The notes: a model not told the origin generated them from the sequence alone. A stretch of DNA of 64,000 nucleotides from an uncultured delta proteobacterium (GCA_963785725.1 CAWAWS010000024.1:1-64000); one strand, 5' to 3'. Shown: positions 30,701 through 41,812, counted from the stretch's first letter. A program made the numbers and translations.

Positions 30701-31111
30701 ATGCGCCTCCAGCTCGCTCTCGTGGCCGCTCTGGTGCTGTCCCTCGGGTCCGGCTGCGCGCACCTCTCGATGACCTCCGAGCCGACGATGGTCGAGGTGA
30801 ATGGACCGCCGCCGACTCCTCCGACACTCCCGCCCGCGCCCGAGCGTTGGACCCGGCGCAAGGCGCTGTTGGCAACCGGCATCGCCATCGGCGGGGTCGG
30901 CACGGTGCTGCTGGTCGGAGGCGGAGCCGGTTACGGCGTCGCCGTGCGCGACCGCGAAGAGACCCTCAAGTCCAGTTGTAACCATCCCTCCGTCGACTGC
31001 GGTCAGTTTCCGCTCGACGCCGGCGCCGACATCGACACGATGATCGTCGGCGGCGTTCACGTGGTCGTCGGGCTGGTGCTCACGCTCGTCGGGCTCAGCC
31101 GGCACGACTGA
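30701..31111 (+). CDS. Hypothetical lipoprotein/membrane protein
   Basis: LGSGC lipobox, two hydrophobic segments. Confidence 0.65.
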   Translation: MRLQLALVAALVLSLGSGCAHLSMTSEPTMVEVNGPPPTPPTLPPAPERWTRRKALLATGIAIGGVGTVLLVGGGAGYGVAVRDREETLKSSCNHPSVDCGQFPLDAGADIDTMIVGGVHVVVGLVLTLVGLSRHD

Positions 31112-31171
31112 AGGCACCGCCGAAGATCGCGCCAGGGCGGACTGGCAGACTCACGCCAGCGACGGCAACCG

Positions 31172-31414
31172 TCAGTCGCCGGGCGTGGCATCGCTGGCGT
31201 CGACCAGCTCGAAGAACGCGTCGATCGACTGCAGCAACTGCGCGCGGATCTCGTCGCGCGTGCCCGACATCGTGTGCAGCGCCAGATCTTCGTCGGCGCC
31301 GTCGAAGCCGCGAAACGTCGCGTGCATGTGCGGACCGCCGGCCGCGGCCCGACCGTTGAAAAGGCGCAATCCATAGACGAGCGTCAGCTGCTCCCGAACG
31401 ATCTTCAACGCCAT
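31172..31414 (-). CDS. Small hypothetical protein
   Basis: GGGAGG RBS and upstream TATGTT; coding-like composition. Confidence 0.65.
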   Translation of the reverse strand: MALKIVREQLTLVYGLRLFNGRAAAGGPHMHATFRGFDGADEDLALHTMSGTRDEIRAQLLQSIDAFFELVDASDATPGD

Positions 31415-31482
31415 GACGAGGCCTCCCGGGCGCGAACATACGCGAACCTACGCCCGATTTCTCTCGTGTAGGATGCCGCGCG

Positions 31483-31974
31483 ATGGTCGATGAGAGTGAG
31501 GCGCCGCCGATTCGTCCGGTCAGGCGCGAAGATCTGCCGCAAATTCTCGCGCTGCAGAAGCTGGCCTTCGCGTCGGAAGCGGCGCGCTACGACGATCCGC
31601 TGCTGCCGCCATTGACGCAGACGCTGCCCGAGCTGGAGGCGGAATTCGCGCGCAGCCGCTTCCTGCAGATCGTCGCCGGCGACGCCGTCATCGGCTCGGT
31701 GCGCGGTCGCGTCGACGAGGCCGGCACCGGCCACATCGGCCGCCTCATCGTCGCGCCCGACGAGCAAGGCCGCGGCCTCGGCGGCCGCCTCGTGCGCGCC
31801 ATCGAGGCCGAGCTGGCCGAAGCCGTGCGCTTCGAGCTGTTCACCGGCGACCGCAGCCTCGGCCCCATCAAGCTCTACGAGCGCCTCGGCTATCGTCGCT
31901 ACAAGACCATCCCCAACGGCAGCCACGCGCTCGTCTACATGGAAAAGCGCCCATGGCCGCCGCGCGACAAATGA
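31483..31974 (+). CDS. GNAT family N-acetyltransferase
   Basis: IGRLIVAPDEQGRGLG, LYERLGY. Confidence 0.92.
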   Translation: MVDESEAPPIRPVRREDLPQILALQKLAFASEAARYDDPLLPPLTQTLPELEAEFARSRFLQIVAGDAVIGSVRGRVDEAGTGHIGRLIVAPDEQGRGLGGRLVRAIEAELAEAVRFELFTGDRSLGPIKLYERLGYRRYKTIPNGSHALVYMEKRPWPPRDK

Positions 31975-31991
31975 GCTAAGTTCGCATCGCG

Positions 31992-33089
<1,098 letters not shown>

Positions 33090-33117
33090 TTCCGGCCGCC
33101 GCGGTCGCGGCTTCGGC

Positions 33118-33649
33118 TCAGCCGCCCGGCCGCGGTCGTAGCGGAGCCGGCCGCACCACACAGCGGGCAGCTCTTCGTCAGCTCGGTGACCGTTCCGCAG
33201 TCGCGACAATCGGCTCTGTAGCCGTGAAATCCCGGCTCGTGCAGCTCGGTCGAGGTCCGCGCCTTCTCGGCGCGCTTGCCCTCGTGCAGCACCCGCGCCG
33301 GCACCAGCGCCGTATAACGCACCTCCTCGCCGTCGCAGCGCGCGCACGTCGCCGGCACCGGCCAGCGATTCTCGGTCGCCAAGATCGTCGCCAGCTGGTC
33401 GGGCGCGTTGCAGCGCGGGCAGACGTCGGCGTGCCACAGCGCGGCTTTGCAGTCGGCGCAGGCGATGTCGAACACGCCGTCGACGAAGCGCTCGCCGTCG
33501 TACATCCAGGTCAGCGCGCCCACCGGCTCGCCGCCGAGCAGCGGCAAGCGCCCATCGACGTAGGTGCGAAACAGCAGCCGATGCGAGCCACACGCCGTGC
33601 AGCCGCGATCGACCGCCGCGTCCAGCCCCGGCTCATCCAACATGCCCAT
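33118..33649 (-). CDS. Multi-CxxC (zinc-ribbon-like) hypothetical protein; probable 1-nt insertion near 33145
   Basis: CTAC, CADC, CPRC, CARC, CRDC, CPLC. Removing one base gives the ending GPLRPRPGG* at 33118 and avoids overlap with the kinase. Confidence 0.7.
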
Positions 33650-33664
33650 GCGCGAGAGCCTACG

Positions 33665-34249
33665 TCATTCTTGGGCGGAGGTAATGCGCGCTTCGATGCG
33701 CCGGTCGGGCACGAGCCACATCAGCGCCACGCCCACGTAGATCGCCGCCGCGATCCACGGACGCACGAACGCCAGCGGAATCGCCGCCAGGTACGCAACC
33801 GCCGAGGCGCGCCCTTTGAAGTCGTTGCCAATCGCCGCCGCCAGCGGCGAATCCGGCCCTTGATGGGCGACGATGAGGTTCTGCAGGATCACGTAGGCGA
33901 CGCCCGCGAACAGCAGCACCATGCCGTAAAACGCCGTCGGCAACGACGCCAAATGCGTCTCGCCGATCCAGCCGGTCGCGAACGGCACCAGCGACAGCCA
34001 AAAGAGCAGATGCAGATTGGCCCACAAGATCTTGCCGTTGATCTGCCTGGTCATATGCAGCATGTGATGATGGTTGTTCCAGTAAATCCCCACGAACACG
34101 AACGACAACACGTAGGCGCAGAACGTCGGCGCCAGCGCGCGCAGCGACGGCAAGTCCTCGCCGTGCGGCAGCTTCAGCTCGAGCACGAGGATGGTGATGA
34201 GGATCGCCAGCACGCCGTCGCTGAACGCCTCGAGCCGCCCCTTGCTCAT
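33665..34249 (-). CDS. TMEM175-family potassium channel
   Basis: RLEAFSDGVLAILITILVLEL signature; YWNNHHH; six TM segments. Confidence 0.92.
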   Translation of the reverse strand: MSKGRLEAFSDGVLAILITILVLELKLPHGEDLPSLRALAPTFCAYVLSFVFVGIYWNNHHHMLHMTRQINGKILWANLHLLFWLSLVPFATGWIGETHLASLPTAFYGMVLLFAGVAYVILQNLIVAHQGPDSPLAAAIGNDFKGRASAVAYLAAIPLAFVRPWIAAAIYVGVALMWLVPDRRIEARITSAQE

Positions 34250-34998
34250 GACGGTCGGCGGCGACGCGCGAACAGGAGCAGGAGCGCGCCGGAGAACAGC
34301 GCCGCGCCCGCCGACGAAGCCGCGCCCGCGACGACGCTGCAGCCGCTCGCATGCTTGGCCGGCGTCGCCGTCGTGCCGCCGCCGCCGGCGCCACCGCCGC
34401 CGTCGACGGTCACGGCCGTCGACTGAATCGAGATGTCGGCGCAGTGGTGATAGTAGCAGCCGCCCGGATTGTTCAGCGGATGCTGCCCCATGAACTCGAG
34501 CACCTGCAGCGTGCACTTGTCGCAGGTGACGTTGTCCGGCAGCTTCAGCTGAATCGTCTGCGGCTCGGTGAACGGCTGATCGTGCTCGAAGATGCCGTCG
34601 GCGAGCACGGGAAACACCGCCGGGGACTGGATCGGCACGCTGCCGCAGGGCGACATGTCGTCCGGCGTCACCGTCGGCTCGGGCGGCAGGTCACTGCGAT
34701 TCGTCGCCAGCGCGATCCGATAGTGCCCGGGGTGAAAGATGATCTCGTTGATCGTGATCGTGATCGTCTGTCCCGTTTGAAACGCCGTCACCGTTCCCGT
34801 CGGTGTGCCCGGCGTCTCGTCGCCGCAAGGGCCGAGCTTCTCCGGCAGCCCGAGCGAATCCTGCGACATCCAACAGGCCGGCTCCTGCAGGTTGAAGTGC
34901 GCGTCGGCGTCGCCGGCGAACAGCCCGACCGCGACGAAGACGGCCGCGCCGGCGCCGAACCGATGACGCGGCAGATGACCCGAGCGAGCGACAGCCAT
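34246..34998 (-). CDS. His-brace polysaccharide monooxygenase-like surface protein with MYXO-CTERM-like tail
   Basis: Signal peptide ending ADA|H gives His1; HPGHYRIAL; CDKCTLQV; YYHHCADI; C-terminal SGCSV-hydrophobic-RRRR; GGAGG RBS. Confidence 0.8.
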   Translation of the reverse strand: MAVARSGHLPRHRFGAGAAVFVAVGLFAGDADAHFNLQEPACWMSQDSLGLPEKLGPCGDETPGTPTGTVTAFQTGQTITITINEIIFHPGHYRIALATNRSDLPPEPTVTPDDMSPCGSVPIQSPAVFPVLADGIFEHDQPFTEPQTIQLKLPDNVTCDKCTLQVLEFMGQHPLNNPGGCYYHHCADISIQSTAVTVDGGGGAGGGGTTATPAKHASGCSVVAGAASSAGAALFSGALLLLFARRRRPS

Positions 34999-35126
34999 GA
35001 TGAACCTCCGTCGCCAGCTTACACCGCCGGGGCCGCGTCGTTCGCGCGGAAGTCGCCGCGCACATCGCCACGAAAGCTGTAACGAAATGCCGGCGCCCAC
35101 ATCCAAGCCGGCCGGCGACGACGCCG

Positions 35127-36623
35127 CTACGGCTTGGGGACGCGAATGGCGCGCTTGCGGATCGTCTTGTGCCGGTGCCGCGCGTGCAGGTCGATCTCCA
35201 GGCTCGCGTCCTCGTCCGGCTGCAGCACGAACTGCTCGGTCACGCCGCGCGCGCCCAGCTCGACCGCCAGCACGTGCACGGCGCCGGCGTCGATGCCGAC
35301 GAGGCGCGTCGGGCTGCGCTCGGGAAGCTCGTGTCCGTCGAGCCGCAGCGTCGCGCCGCCGGGCACGCTGACGACCTCGAGCGTGCCCTTCGGCCGCGGC
35401 GCCGGCGCCGGCGGCACCGGCGCGACCGTCGCCGCGCGCGTGGCCGGCTCGGGCGTGACGTGCGCCGGCTCGGTCGGCCGCGTCGTGACCGTCGCCGTCG
35501 TCGCCGTCGCCGCATGGCGCAGATGCCGCAACACGCCCGCCGTCGCGCCCGCCGTGATGGCGACGAGCGCCAGCGCCGCCGCCGTGCGCCACGTCAGGGT
35601 CGTGCGCGCCGCCAGCGGCGGCTGCGGCAGCCACGCCGGCAAGCGCGTGTCGAGCGGGCCGCTGTTGTGACCGACGGCGACCGGCGACGTCAGCGGTCGC
35701 GCCACGGCCAACGCCGTGCGGCCGCGCTCGATGCGCGTGACCTCGACGCCGTCCCAGCCGCTCGAGCCGACGAGCGCGCGCACCCACGCCGCCAACGCCA
35801 TCGCCGACGACGACGCCAGCCCTTCGTGCGCCAGCGCCTCCAGCGCCGATTGCAGCGCCCGCGCCGTCGGAAAACGTCGCCCCGACTCGCGATCGAGCGC
35901 GCGCAACACGATCGCCTCCAGCCGCGTGTCGAAGCCGCCGGCCAGCGTCGACGGCGGCGCCGGCGCGGCCTCCGAATGCAGTCGCCGTCCGACGGTCAGC
36001 TCGTAGACGAGCGCGCCCAACGCGAACACGTCGCTGCGCCGATCGAACGTCTCGCCCCGCCGCTGCTCGGGGCTGAAGTAGACGAGCCGCTCCACCGACG
36101 TCGCCGCCGGCCCGAGCTGCAGCATGATGTTTCCGTCGTGACCGATGCGCACGCGCGACGGCGCGACATGGCCGTGCACGAGCGTCCGACCGCTGCCGGC
36201 GCGACTCTCGTGAATATGGTGCAGCGCCGCCGCCAGCGCGATCGCCAGCTGCAGCGCGTGCGCCACCGGCATCCGCTGCCCGCGCTCGACGAGCTTGGCC
36301 AACACCGCGCTCAGCTCCTCGCCCGGCCGCTGCGCGACGGCGATCCACGCCGGCTCGCTTGTCGGCGAGACCGCGACGATCGGCGTCAGATGCGCGTGTC
36401 TGAGCGGCGCCAACGTGCGCGCGTCCTCGAGCAGCCGTCCCAGCGCCGCGCGATCGGGCGTCGGCGCCAGCCGCTCGACGAGCGCGAGCTCGCCCGGCGC
36501 CGCCCGGCCGAGCCAGCGTTCGGCCACGTCGCCGACCTCGAGCCGCTCGATGAGCTCGTAACGTCCCAGGCGCTGCCCCAGGACGAACGGCGCGCGATGT
36601 CGTCCCCCCTCGATGGAACGCAC
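35127..36623 (-). CDS. Degenerate Ser/Thr kinase-like protein (pseudokinase) with TM and PEGA-like domain; start uncertain
   Basis: GRYELIERL, YFSPEQ, RSDVFALG retained; catalytic motifs altered (LALVE, HGHVAPSRV, LQLG); GTLEVVSVPGGATLRLDG PEGA-like segment. Confidence 0.75.
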   Translation of the reverse strand: MRSIEGGRHRAPFVLGQRLGRYELIERLEVGDVAERWLGRAAPGELALVERLAPTPDRAALGRLLEDARTLAPLRHAHLTPIVAVSPTSEPAWIAVAQRPGEELSAVLAKLVERGQRMPVAHALQLAIALAAALHHIHESRAGSGRTLVHGHVAPSRVRIGHDGNIMLQLGPAATSVERLVYFSPEQRRGETFDRRSDVFALGALVYELTVGRRLHSEAAPAPPSTLAGGFDTRLEAIVLRALDRESGRRFPTARALQSALEALAHEGLASSSAMALAAWVRALVGSSGWDGVEVTRIERGRTALAVARPLTSPVAVGHNSGPLDTRLPAWLPQPPLAARTTLTWRTAAALALVAITAGATAGVLRHLRHAATATTATVTTRPTEPAHVTPEPATRAATVAPVPPAPAPRPKGTLEVVSVPGGATLRLDGHELPERSPTRLVGIDAGAVHVLAVELGARGVTEQFVLQPDEDASLEIDLHARHRHKTIRKRAIRVPKP

Positions 36624-36834
36624 GATAGCGACGGCGCCGCCCGCGCGGCACCAAACTAGTTGGAGAGCGCGGCAAGGAAGTTTGCGCCCTGTATTTTCGC
36701 AGGCCACATGGGAGCGCCACGCGCAATCGCGGTCGCCACCTCGCGAAGCCACAAGGACGCGCGAAACCCGTGCGGCACAACGAGCAACGAGCGGCACGAC
36801 GAGTGCACAAAGCAGCTCACACAGGGAGGCAACG

Positions 36835-37599
36835 ATGCAGGACAACGGCGGCGTGCAGAAGGTTCAGCTCAAACTGGGTGAGATCGTCTCCTCTGCATCA
36901 CAAACGTTCTCGGAAAACTGGAAGCCGCTCGTCCTCTCACAGCTCGTGCTGATGGGCTGCATCTTCATCCCCATTCTCGTCTGCGGCATCCTCGTCGGCG
37001 GCACGGCGCTGCTCACGCACGGCGCGCACAACAACTTGCTCGCCGGTGTCGGCATAACGGCCGGTGTCGGCACGGCGGCCGGCGTCGTCGTTTTGTTGAC
37101 GATGATCGGCCCAGCCAGCTTCCGCATGGTCGTGGCCGCTGCCCGCGGCGGAAAGCCGCAGATGTCCGACCTCTTCAGCCGACCGTTCCAGCGCGCCGGC
37201 ACCCTCGTCGCGTCGAGTCTGCTCGTGGGCATCGCGATCTGCTGCGGCAGCATCCTGTTCTTGATTCCCGGCCTCATGGCGGCGACGGGCTTTTCGATGG
37301 CGCACTACTTCATCATCGAGGACGACGAGATCGGTGTCGTGGATTCGATGAAGGCGAGCTGGACCTTGATGTACGGCTACAAGCGCAGGTACTTCAACGT
37401 CATGGCGCTGTTCGGGCTGTCGAGCATGTTCATCAACCTGATCCTGCAGTCGATTCCGTTCCTCTTCCCGGTGGCGCTGTCGTTCCAGCTCTTGTCGACG
37501 CTGTTCGGCTGGCTGATGGTCGCGACCATCTACGCGCGGCTGCGCCCGATGCCGGCGCCGTTGTCGCAGCAGCAGCCCGTCTTGAGCGCGTCCGCGTAA
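36835..37599 (+). CDS. Integral membrane protein (DUF975-like)
   Basis: GGGAGG RBS; LFLIPG..YFIIED..SMKASW; weak sigma-54-like site at 36792-36807. Confidence 0.75.
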   Translation: MQDNGGVQKVQLKLGEIVSSASQTFSENWKPLVLSQLVLMGCIFIPILVCGILVGGTALLTHGAHNNLLAGVGITAGVGTAAGVVVLLTMIGPASFRMVVAAARGGKPQMSDLFSRPFQRAGTLVASSLLVGIAICCGSILFLIPGLMAATGFSMAHYFIIEDDEIGVVDSMKASWTLMYGYKRRYFNVMALFGLSSMFINLILQSIPFLFPVALSFQLLSTLFGWLMVATIYARLRPMPAPLSQQQPVLSASA

Positions 37600-37605
37600 T
37601 CCTCG

Positions 37606-38847
37606 CTATTCGTAGCGCAGCGCCTCGACCGGATCGAGCCGCGCCGCCCGCCAGGCCGGAAACAGGCCGAACACGATCCCCGTCGTAATCGACAGCGCCA
37701 GGCCGAGCCCGATCGACCACCACTCGACGTGCATCGTCCAGCTGCCCAGCATCTTCGTCAGCACGAACGCGATCAGCGACGCCATCGCCACGCCGCCGAG
37801 CACGCCGATGATGCCACCCGTCAACGCGATCAGCGCCGACTCCAGCAGAAACTGCACGAGGATCGACGTCGGATTGGCGCCGATCGCGCGGCGCACGCCT
37901 ATCTCGCGCGTCCGCTCGGTCACCGTCACCAGCATGATGTTCATGATGTTGATGCCGCCGACGAAGAGCGACAACAAGCCGGTCCCGAGCAGCAGCACCT
38001 TGATGACGCTGACGATGACCTCGAACTGCTGCGCGTCCTGGCTCGAGCGATCGATCTTGAAGTTCTCGACGCCGTAATGGCGCCGCGACACGGTGGCCTC
38101 GATGGCTTTGCGCGCGATGTCCAGGCGCGCCGGCAGCGGCATCTCGCTATCGCCGATGCGCACGAAGATCGAATCGACGCTGTGCGCGCTGTCGAACACG
38201 GCGTCGAACGTCGAGCGCGGCACGAGCACCTTCGAGTTCCACATCCACGGCCCGTCGCCGCCGCCGAGGCCCGGCTTGGGCACGAGCACGCCGACGACGG
38301 TCCACTGCGACTTATCGGCGGTCAACGCCTTGCCCAGCGCGTCGCCGTCGGGGAACAGCTCGCGCGCGACGTTGGCGCCGATGACGCAGACGCGATCGCC
38401 GCGGGTCACGTCGTCAGCGCTGATGAAGCGGCCCTTGTCGATGCCGAGCCGATGCAGCGACATGGCGACGGGCTCGACGCCGGTCAACGCGATGCGCTTC
38501 TTCTCCTTGCCGTAATAAACGCGCGTCCAGCGGTCCTTCTCGCTCGTGACGTGTGCGCCCGGCAAGACCGGCGAGCCGTCGAGCACCTGGCTGTCGGCGC
38601 GCCCCAGCTCGCGCCGCGTCTTTTGCGCCTGCTTGACCGGCGCCTCGTCGGCATCGACCTGCACGACGTCGTTGCCGGTCGCGTCTTGATCGCTGTTCAA
38701 GAGCGCCTCTTCGCCGCCCGTCAACAGCGACGCCAAGAGCACGATCGAGCCGGTGCCGATCATGATGCCGAGCAGCGTCAAGAGCGTGCGCCCGACGTTC
38801 GACGTCAGCGTGTGGCGCACCGAGCGCACTTGGTCGACGAGCCGCAT
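37606..38847 (-). CDS. MacB/FtsX-type ABC transporter permease
   Basis: RTLLTLLGIMIG, GGINIMNIMLVTVTERTREIGVRRAIGA, PAWRAARLDPVEALRYE. Confidence 0.95.
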   Translation of the reverse strand: MRLVDQVRSVRHTLTSNVGRTLLTLLGIMIGTGSIVLLASLLTGGEEALLNSDQDATGNDVVQVDADEAPVKQAQKTRRELGRADSQVLDGSPVLPGAHVTSEKDRWTRVYYGKEKKRIALTGVEPVAMSLHRLGIDKGRFISADDVTRGDRVCVIGANVARELFPDGDALGKALTADKSQWTVVGVLVPKPGLGGGDGPWMWNSKVLVPRSTFDAVFDSAHSVDSIFVRIGDSEMPLPARLDIARKAIEATVSRRHYGVENFKIDRSSQDAQQFEVIVSVIKVLLLGTGLLSLFVGGINIMNIMLVTVTERTREIGVRRAIGANPTSILVQFLLESALIALTGGIIGVLGGVAMASLIAFVLTKMLGSWTMHVEWWSIGLGLALSITTGIVFGLFPAWRAARLDPVEALRYE

Positions 38848-40085
38848 CAGTTCCCTCGTATCGCGGTGATGGCGTCGAGCTTGGACGCACGCCGCGCCGG
38901 AAAGTAGCCGAACAAGAGACCGATGCCGACCGACACCGCGAGCGCGATGATGACGCTCTCGTCGGCGACCACGGTGACCCAGCGCGGCTTGAAGTGGCGA
39001 ATGAGCGTCGACGCGGCGATGGCGGCCGCGACGCCGCTGCCGGCGCCGATGAGCCCGCCCGTGCCCGATAAGACCATCGCTTCGAGCAGGAACTGGCGGC
39101 CGATGTCGCTCGGATTGGCGCCGATGGCCTTGCGGATGCCGATCTCGCGCACGCGCTCCGAGACGCTGACGAGCATCATGTTCATGACGCCGACGCCACC
39201 GACGAGCAGCGCGATGCCGGCGATGAAGCCGACGATGATCGACATGATGCGGAAAAAGCCGGTGAACTGATTCATGATCCCGGAGAAGTCGAAGATCTGG
39301 AAGTCGTCGACGCCGTGATGGCGCTCCGTCAGGATGACGTTGGCGACGCGCTTGACGATCTCGTTCGACTGCTGCACATCGCTCTTGAGCTGCAGATGCG
39401 CCGACGGCCTCACTTTGGGATCGACGTCGGCCATCGTCTCGAACGGCGCCACCAAATAGTCGAGGCGATCGAGGCCGAAGAAGTTGCCGAGGAACTCGCG
39501 GCTGTTCGACTGTCCGACGACGCGGCAGCGCAAGCCGCCCACTTGCAGCGTGTGACCGACCGCGTCGCCGTCCCACAAACGCAGCGCCGTCTTGTGGCCG
39601 ATGACGCACACTTTTTGATGGCGCATGTTCTCTTCGTCGCTGAAGAAGCGCCCTTTGCCGACGGCGAGCCCCATGTTGTCGAACCAGTCGCCGTCGCCGG
39701 CGAAGACGTCGATGCGGCCGAGCTGCCCGTTGTCGGCGATGACGTCCTTGCGCCCGAGCCGCGAGTACATCGTGTGGCCTTCGAGATGCGGCACCGTCTC
39801 GAACAGCGCGTCGCGATCTTGGCGCGTCAGACCGCGCGTGTAGCTCGACGCCTTGCCCTCTTCGCGCTCGGCCTCTTTGGGAAAGACCGCCAACAGCCGC
39901 GCGCCGCCGAGCTCCTCGAGGTCGCGCAAGAGCGTCGTCGAGCCCGACTGCGCCAGCGACGACATGAGCACGATCGAGAACGCGCCCACGGTGATGCTGA
40001 GCACCGTCAACAGCGAGCGAAACTTGTGCGCGACGAGGACTTTGCGCGCGATGTTGACGTACTCGAGCCACATGGCCATTACCAC
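38847..40085 (-). CDS. MacB/FtsX-type ABC transporter permease
   Basis: RSLLTVLSI, GGVGVMNMMLVSVSERVREIGIRKAIGA, PARRASKLD. Confidence 0.95.
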   Translation of the reverse strand: MVMAMWLEYVNIARKVLVAHKFRSLLTVLSITVGAFSIVLMSSLAQSGSTTLLRDLEELGGARLLAVFPKEAEREEGKASSYTRGLTRQDRDALFETVPHLEGHTMYSRLGRKDVIADNGQLGRIDVFAGDGDWFDNMGLAVGKGRFFSDEENMRHQKVCVIGHKTALRLWDGDAVGHTLQVGGLRCRVVGQSNSREFLGNFFGLDRLDYLVAPFETMADVDPKVRPSAHLQLKSDVQQSNEIVKRVANVILTERHHGVDDFQIFDFSGIMNQFTGFFRIMSIIVGFIAGIALLVGGVGVMNMMLVSVSERVREIGIRKAIGANPSDIGRQFLLEAMVLSGTGGLIGAGSGVAAAIAASTLIRHFKPRWVTVVADESVIIALAVSVGIGLLFGYFPARRASKLDAITAIRGN

Positions 40086-40325
40086 GCGCGCACGGGTTCC
40101 TCGAAGCTGCAGTCGCTTGCAACGGGCGAGATCGGCGATCGGGGCGAGACGGGCAGGAAGATCATGGCGCCTCTGTATAATGTCCGCTGCGAAGGGAAAG
40201 TTTCCCCTGCCGCAACGGAAAGCGCCATCGAGGTATTCCCGCGGCCGCCCGATCGTGTCGAGCGGCCGCGGAATTTATCGCGTCAAGACTGCGTGCGCAG
40301 GCTGGCGAGCCGCGGAATCAGTCGC

Positions 40326-41129
40326 TTATTGGCCGGCGCAGTAGCCGGCGCCGTTCGCCTGGTTGGCGAAGGCGTTGCACGCCAACGTCACAGCGCCCAT
40401 GTCGGTGCCGGGCGCCGTCGGGCAGGCCGTGGCCGTGCTGCAGTTCGGCAAGCACCAGTAAATGCCCTGCTGGCCCGTGCTGTCGCACTCGAGGCCGGTG
40501 GCGCAGTCGCTGTCCTGCTGGCAGGCGGTGAACTCGGCGCCGGTACCGGTCAGCTTGCACACGAAGAAGCCGTTCTCGGTCGCCTGCGTGGTGCTGATGT
40601 CGTCGACGGCGGTGCTGCAGTCGGTGCCCGTCGCGCAGTCGGTGCCGCCGGGCGTGCAGGTCGGCAAGCAGACGCCGTACTTCGACGTGAAGCCGGCGCA
40701 GGACTGGCCGCTCGTCGTGCAGGTCGAATCGGCCGTGCAGACCTTGCGGCACAAAGGCATGCCACCGACGGTGTCGTCGCAAATGAAGCCGGCGAGGCAG
40801 TTGTCCTGATTCGTCGTCATGTCGACGGTGCAGGCTTGGCCTTCGGCGACCGTGCCGTTGGCGACGCAGGTGCCGCCGCCTTTGCCGGGCACGCACTTGT
40901 CGCCCGTCGGGCAGCCTGTCTGGTTGGGCACGCTACAAGCCGGCATCTTCATGTCGGCGCCGGCGCCGCCGTCGCTGCTGCCGCTGCCGCCGCCGGCGCC
41001 GCCGACGCTCATGTCGGCGCCGCTCGACGAGCCGCCGCCGCCGCCCGAGCCGTTACCGCCGGTGCCACCCTTGTTCGAACCGCCGCAGCCAACGCTCAGA
41101 ACGAGTAGAAAGGAAAGTGTGAATCGCAT
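40326..41129 (-). CDS. Cys-rich lipoprotein with Gly/Ser linker
   Basis: LSVGC lipobox; GGAGG RBS; repeated Cys modules. Confidence 0.85.
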   Translation of the reverse strand: MRFTLSFLLVLSVGCGGSNKGGTGGNGSGGGGGSSSGADMSVGGAGGGSGSSDGGAGADMKMPACSVPNQTGCPTGDKCVPGKGGGTCVANGTVAEGQACTVDMTTNQDNCLAGFICDDTVGGMPLCRKVCTADSTCTTSGQSCAGFTSKYGVCLPTCTPGGTDCATGTDCSTAVDDISTTQATENGFFVCKLTGTGAEFTACQQDSDCATGLECDSTGQQGIYWCLPNCSTATACPTAPGTDMGAVTLACNAFANQANGAGYCAGQ

Positions 41130-41338
41130 GTGCGCCTCCGTTGAGAAAGCGCATCTGTAAGCCCGTCGGAAACGCTAGCGCAACGAGACAATGCTTTGCA
41201 CACGAGCGGAAGCAACGGATATTTAAGGTTAATCGCGGGCGGTATGGGTGGCGCCGGGACATCTTCGGCGCGACTGGGCAGGGTTACTTCCGGACTGTTC
41301 GTTTCGGCGACAGCGCTGCCGGTGAATCGGACAGTGCT

Positions 41339-41593
41339 TCAGCGGACCAACGGCTCCGGCAGCATCTCGTAGAGCGCGCCGTTGAGCCGGTGGAAGTAGT
41401 CCGACAGCCGCTGCAGGACGTCGCGGTCGACCGCGTCGCGCGCCTCCGCTTCGGCGCCGCGCAGCTCGGCACCGACGGACTGGACGGCGTCGAGCGCGCT
41501 GGCGATGACGAGCGGGCTGCGATCCTCGACCACCAGGCCGAGCAGCGCTTTGACGTGACGAATGCCGGCTTCGAGAGTCTCCAAGTCACTCAT
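41339..41593 (-). CDS. Small helical hypothetical protein
   Basis: MSDLETLEAGIRHVKALL...; sigma-54 motif immediately upstream. Confidence 0.6.
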   Translation of the reverse strand: MSDLETLEAGIRHVKALLGLVVEDRSPLVIASALDAVQSVGAELRGAEAEARDAVDRDVLQRLSDYFHRLNGALYEMLPEPLVR

Positions 41594-41606
41594 GCCTCGA
41601 ACAATG

Positions 41607-41622
41607 AGCAAGCGTCGGGCCA
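41607..41622 (-). promoter_or_regulatory. Putative sigma-54 promoter
   Basis: Minus strand TGGCCCGACGCTTGCT, GG-N10-GC. Confidence 0.65.
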
Positions 41623-41812
41623 CTTGCATCGACGCGCCAAAGCCCTAGTCGCGCGCAAAAACGGGGCGGCGCGCGCGCCGGCAGCGACGCGAAATCGACC
41701 ACACGACAGCGTGCGCTGCGAACGCCAGAATTTCGACGAGCGCCAACGCGATGTGGGCGAGCGGACGATGACCGCGGGTGAGGACGAAACGAAATGACGC
41801 GCGCGCGAGCGG

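Noticed and set aside
34999..36810. 854-aa ORF apparently fusing a long region to the His-brace protein
   Set aside because: It is an off-frame read-through over the pseudokinase. The true start at 34998 has an RBS and a signal peptide.
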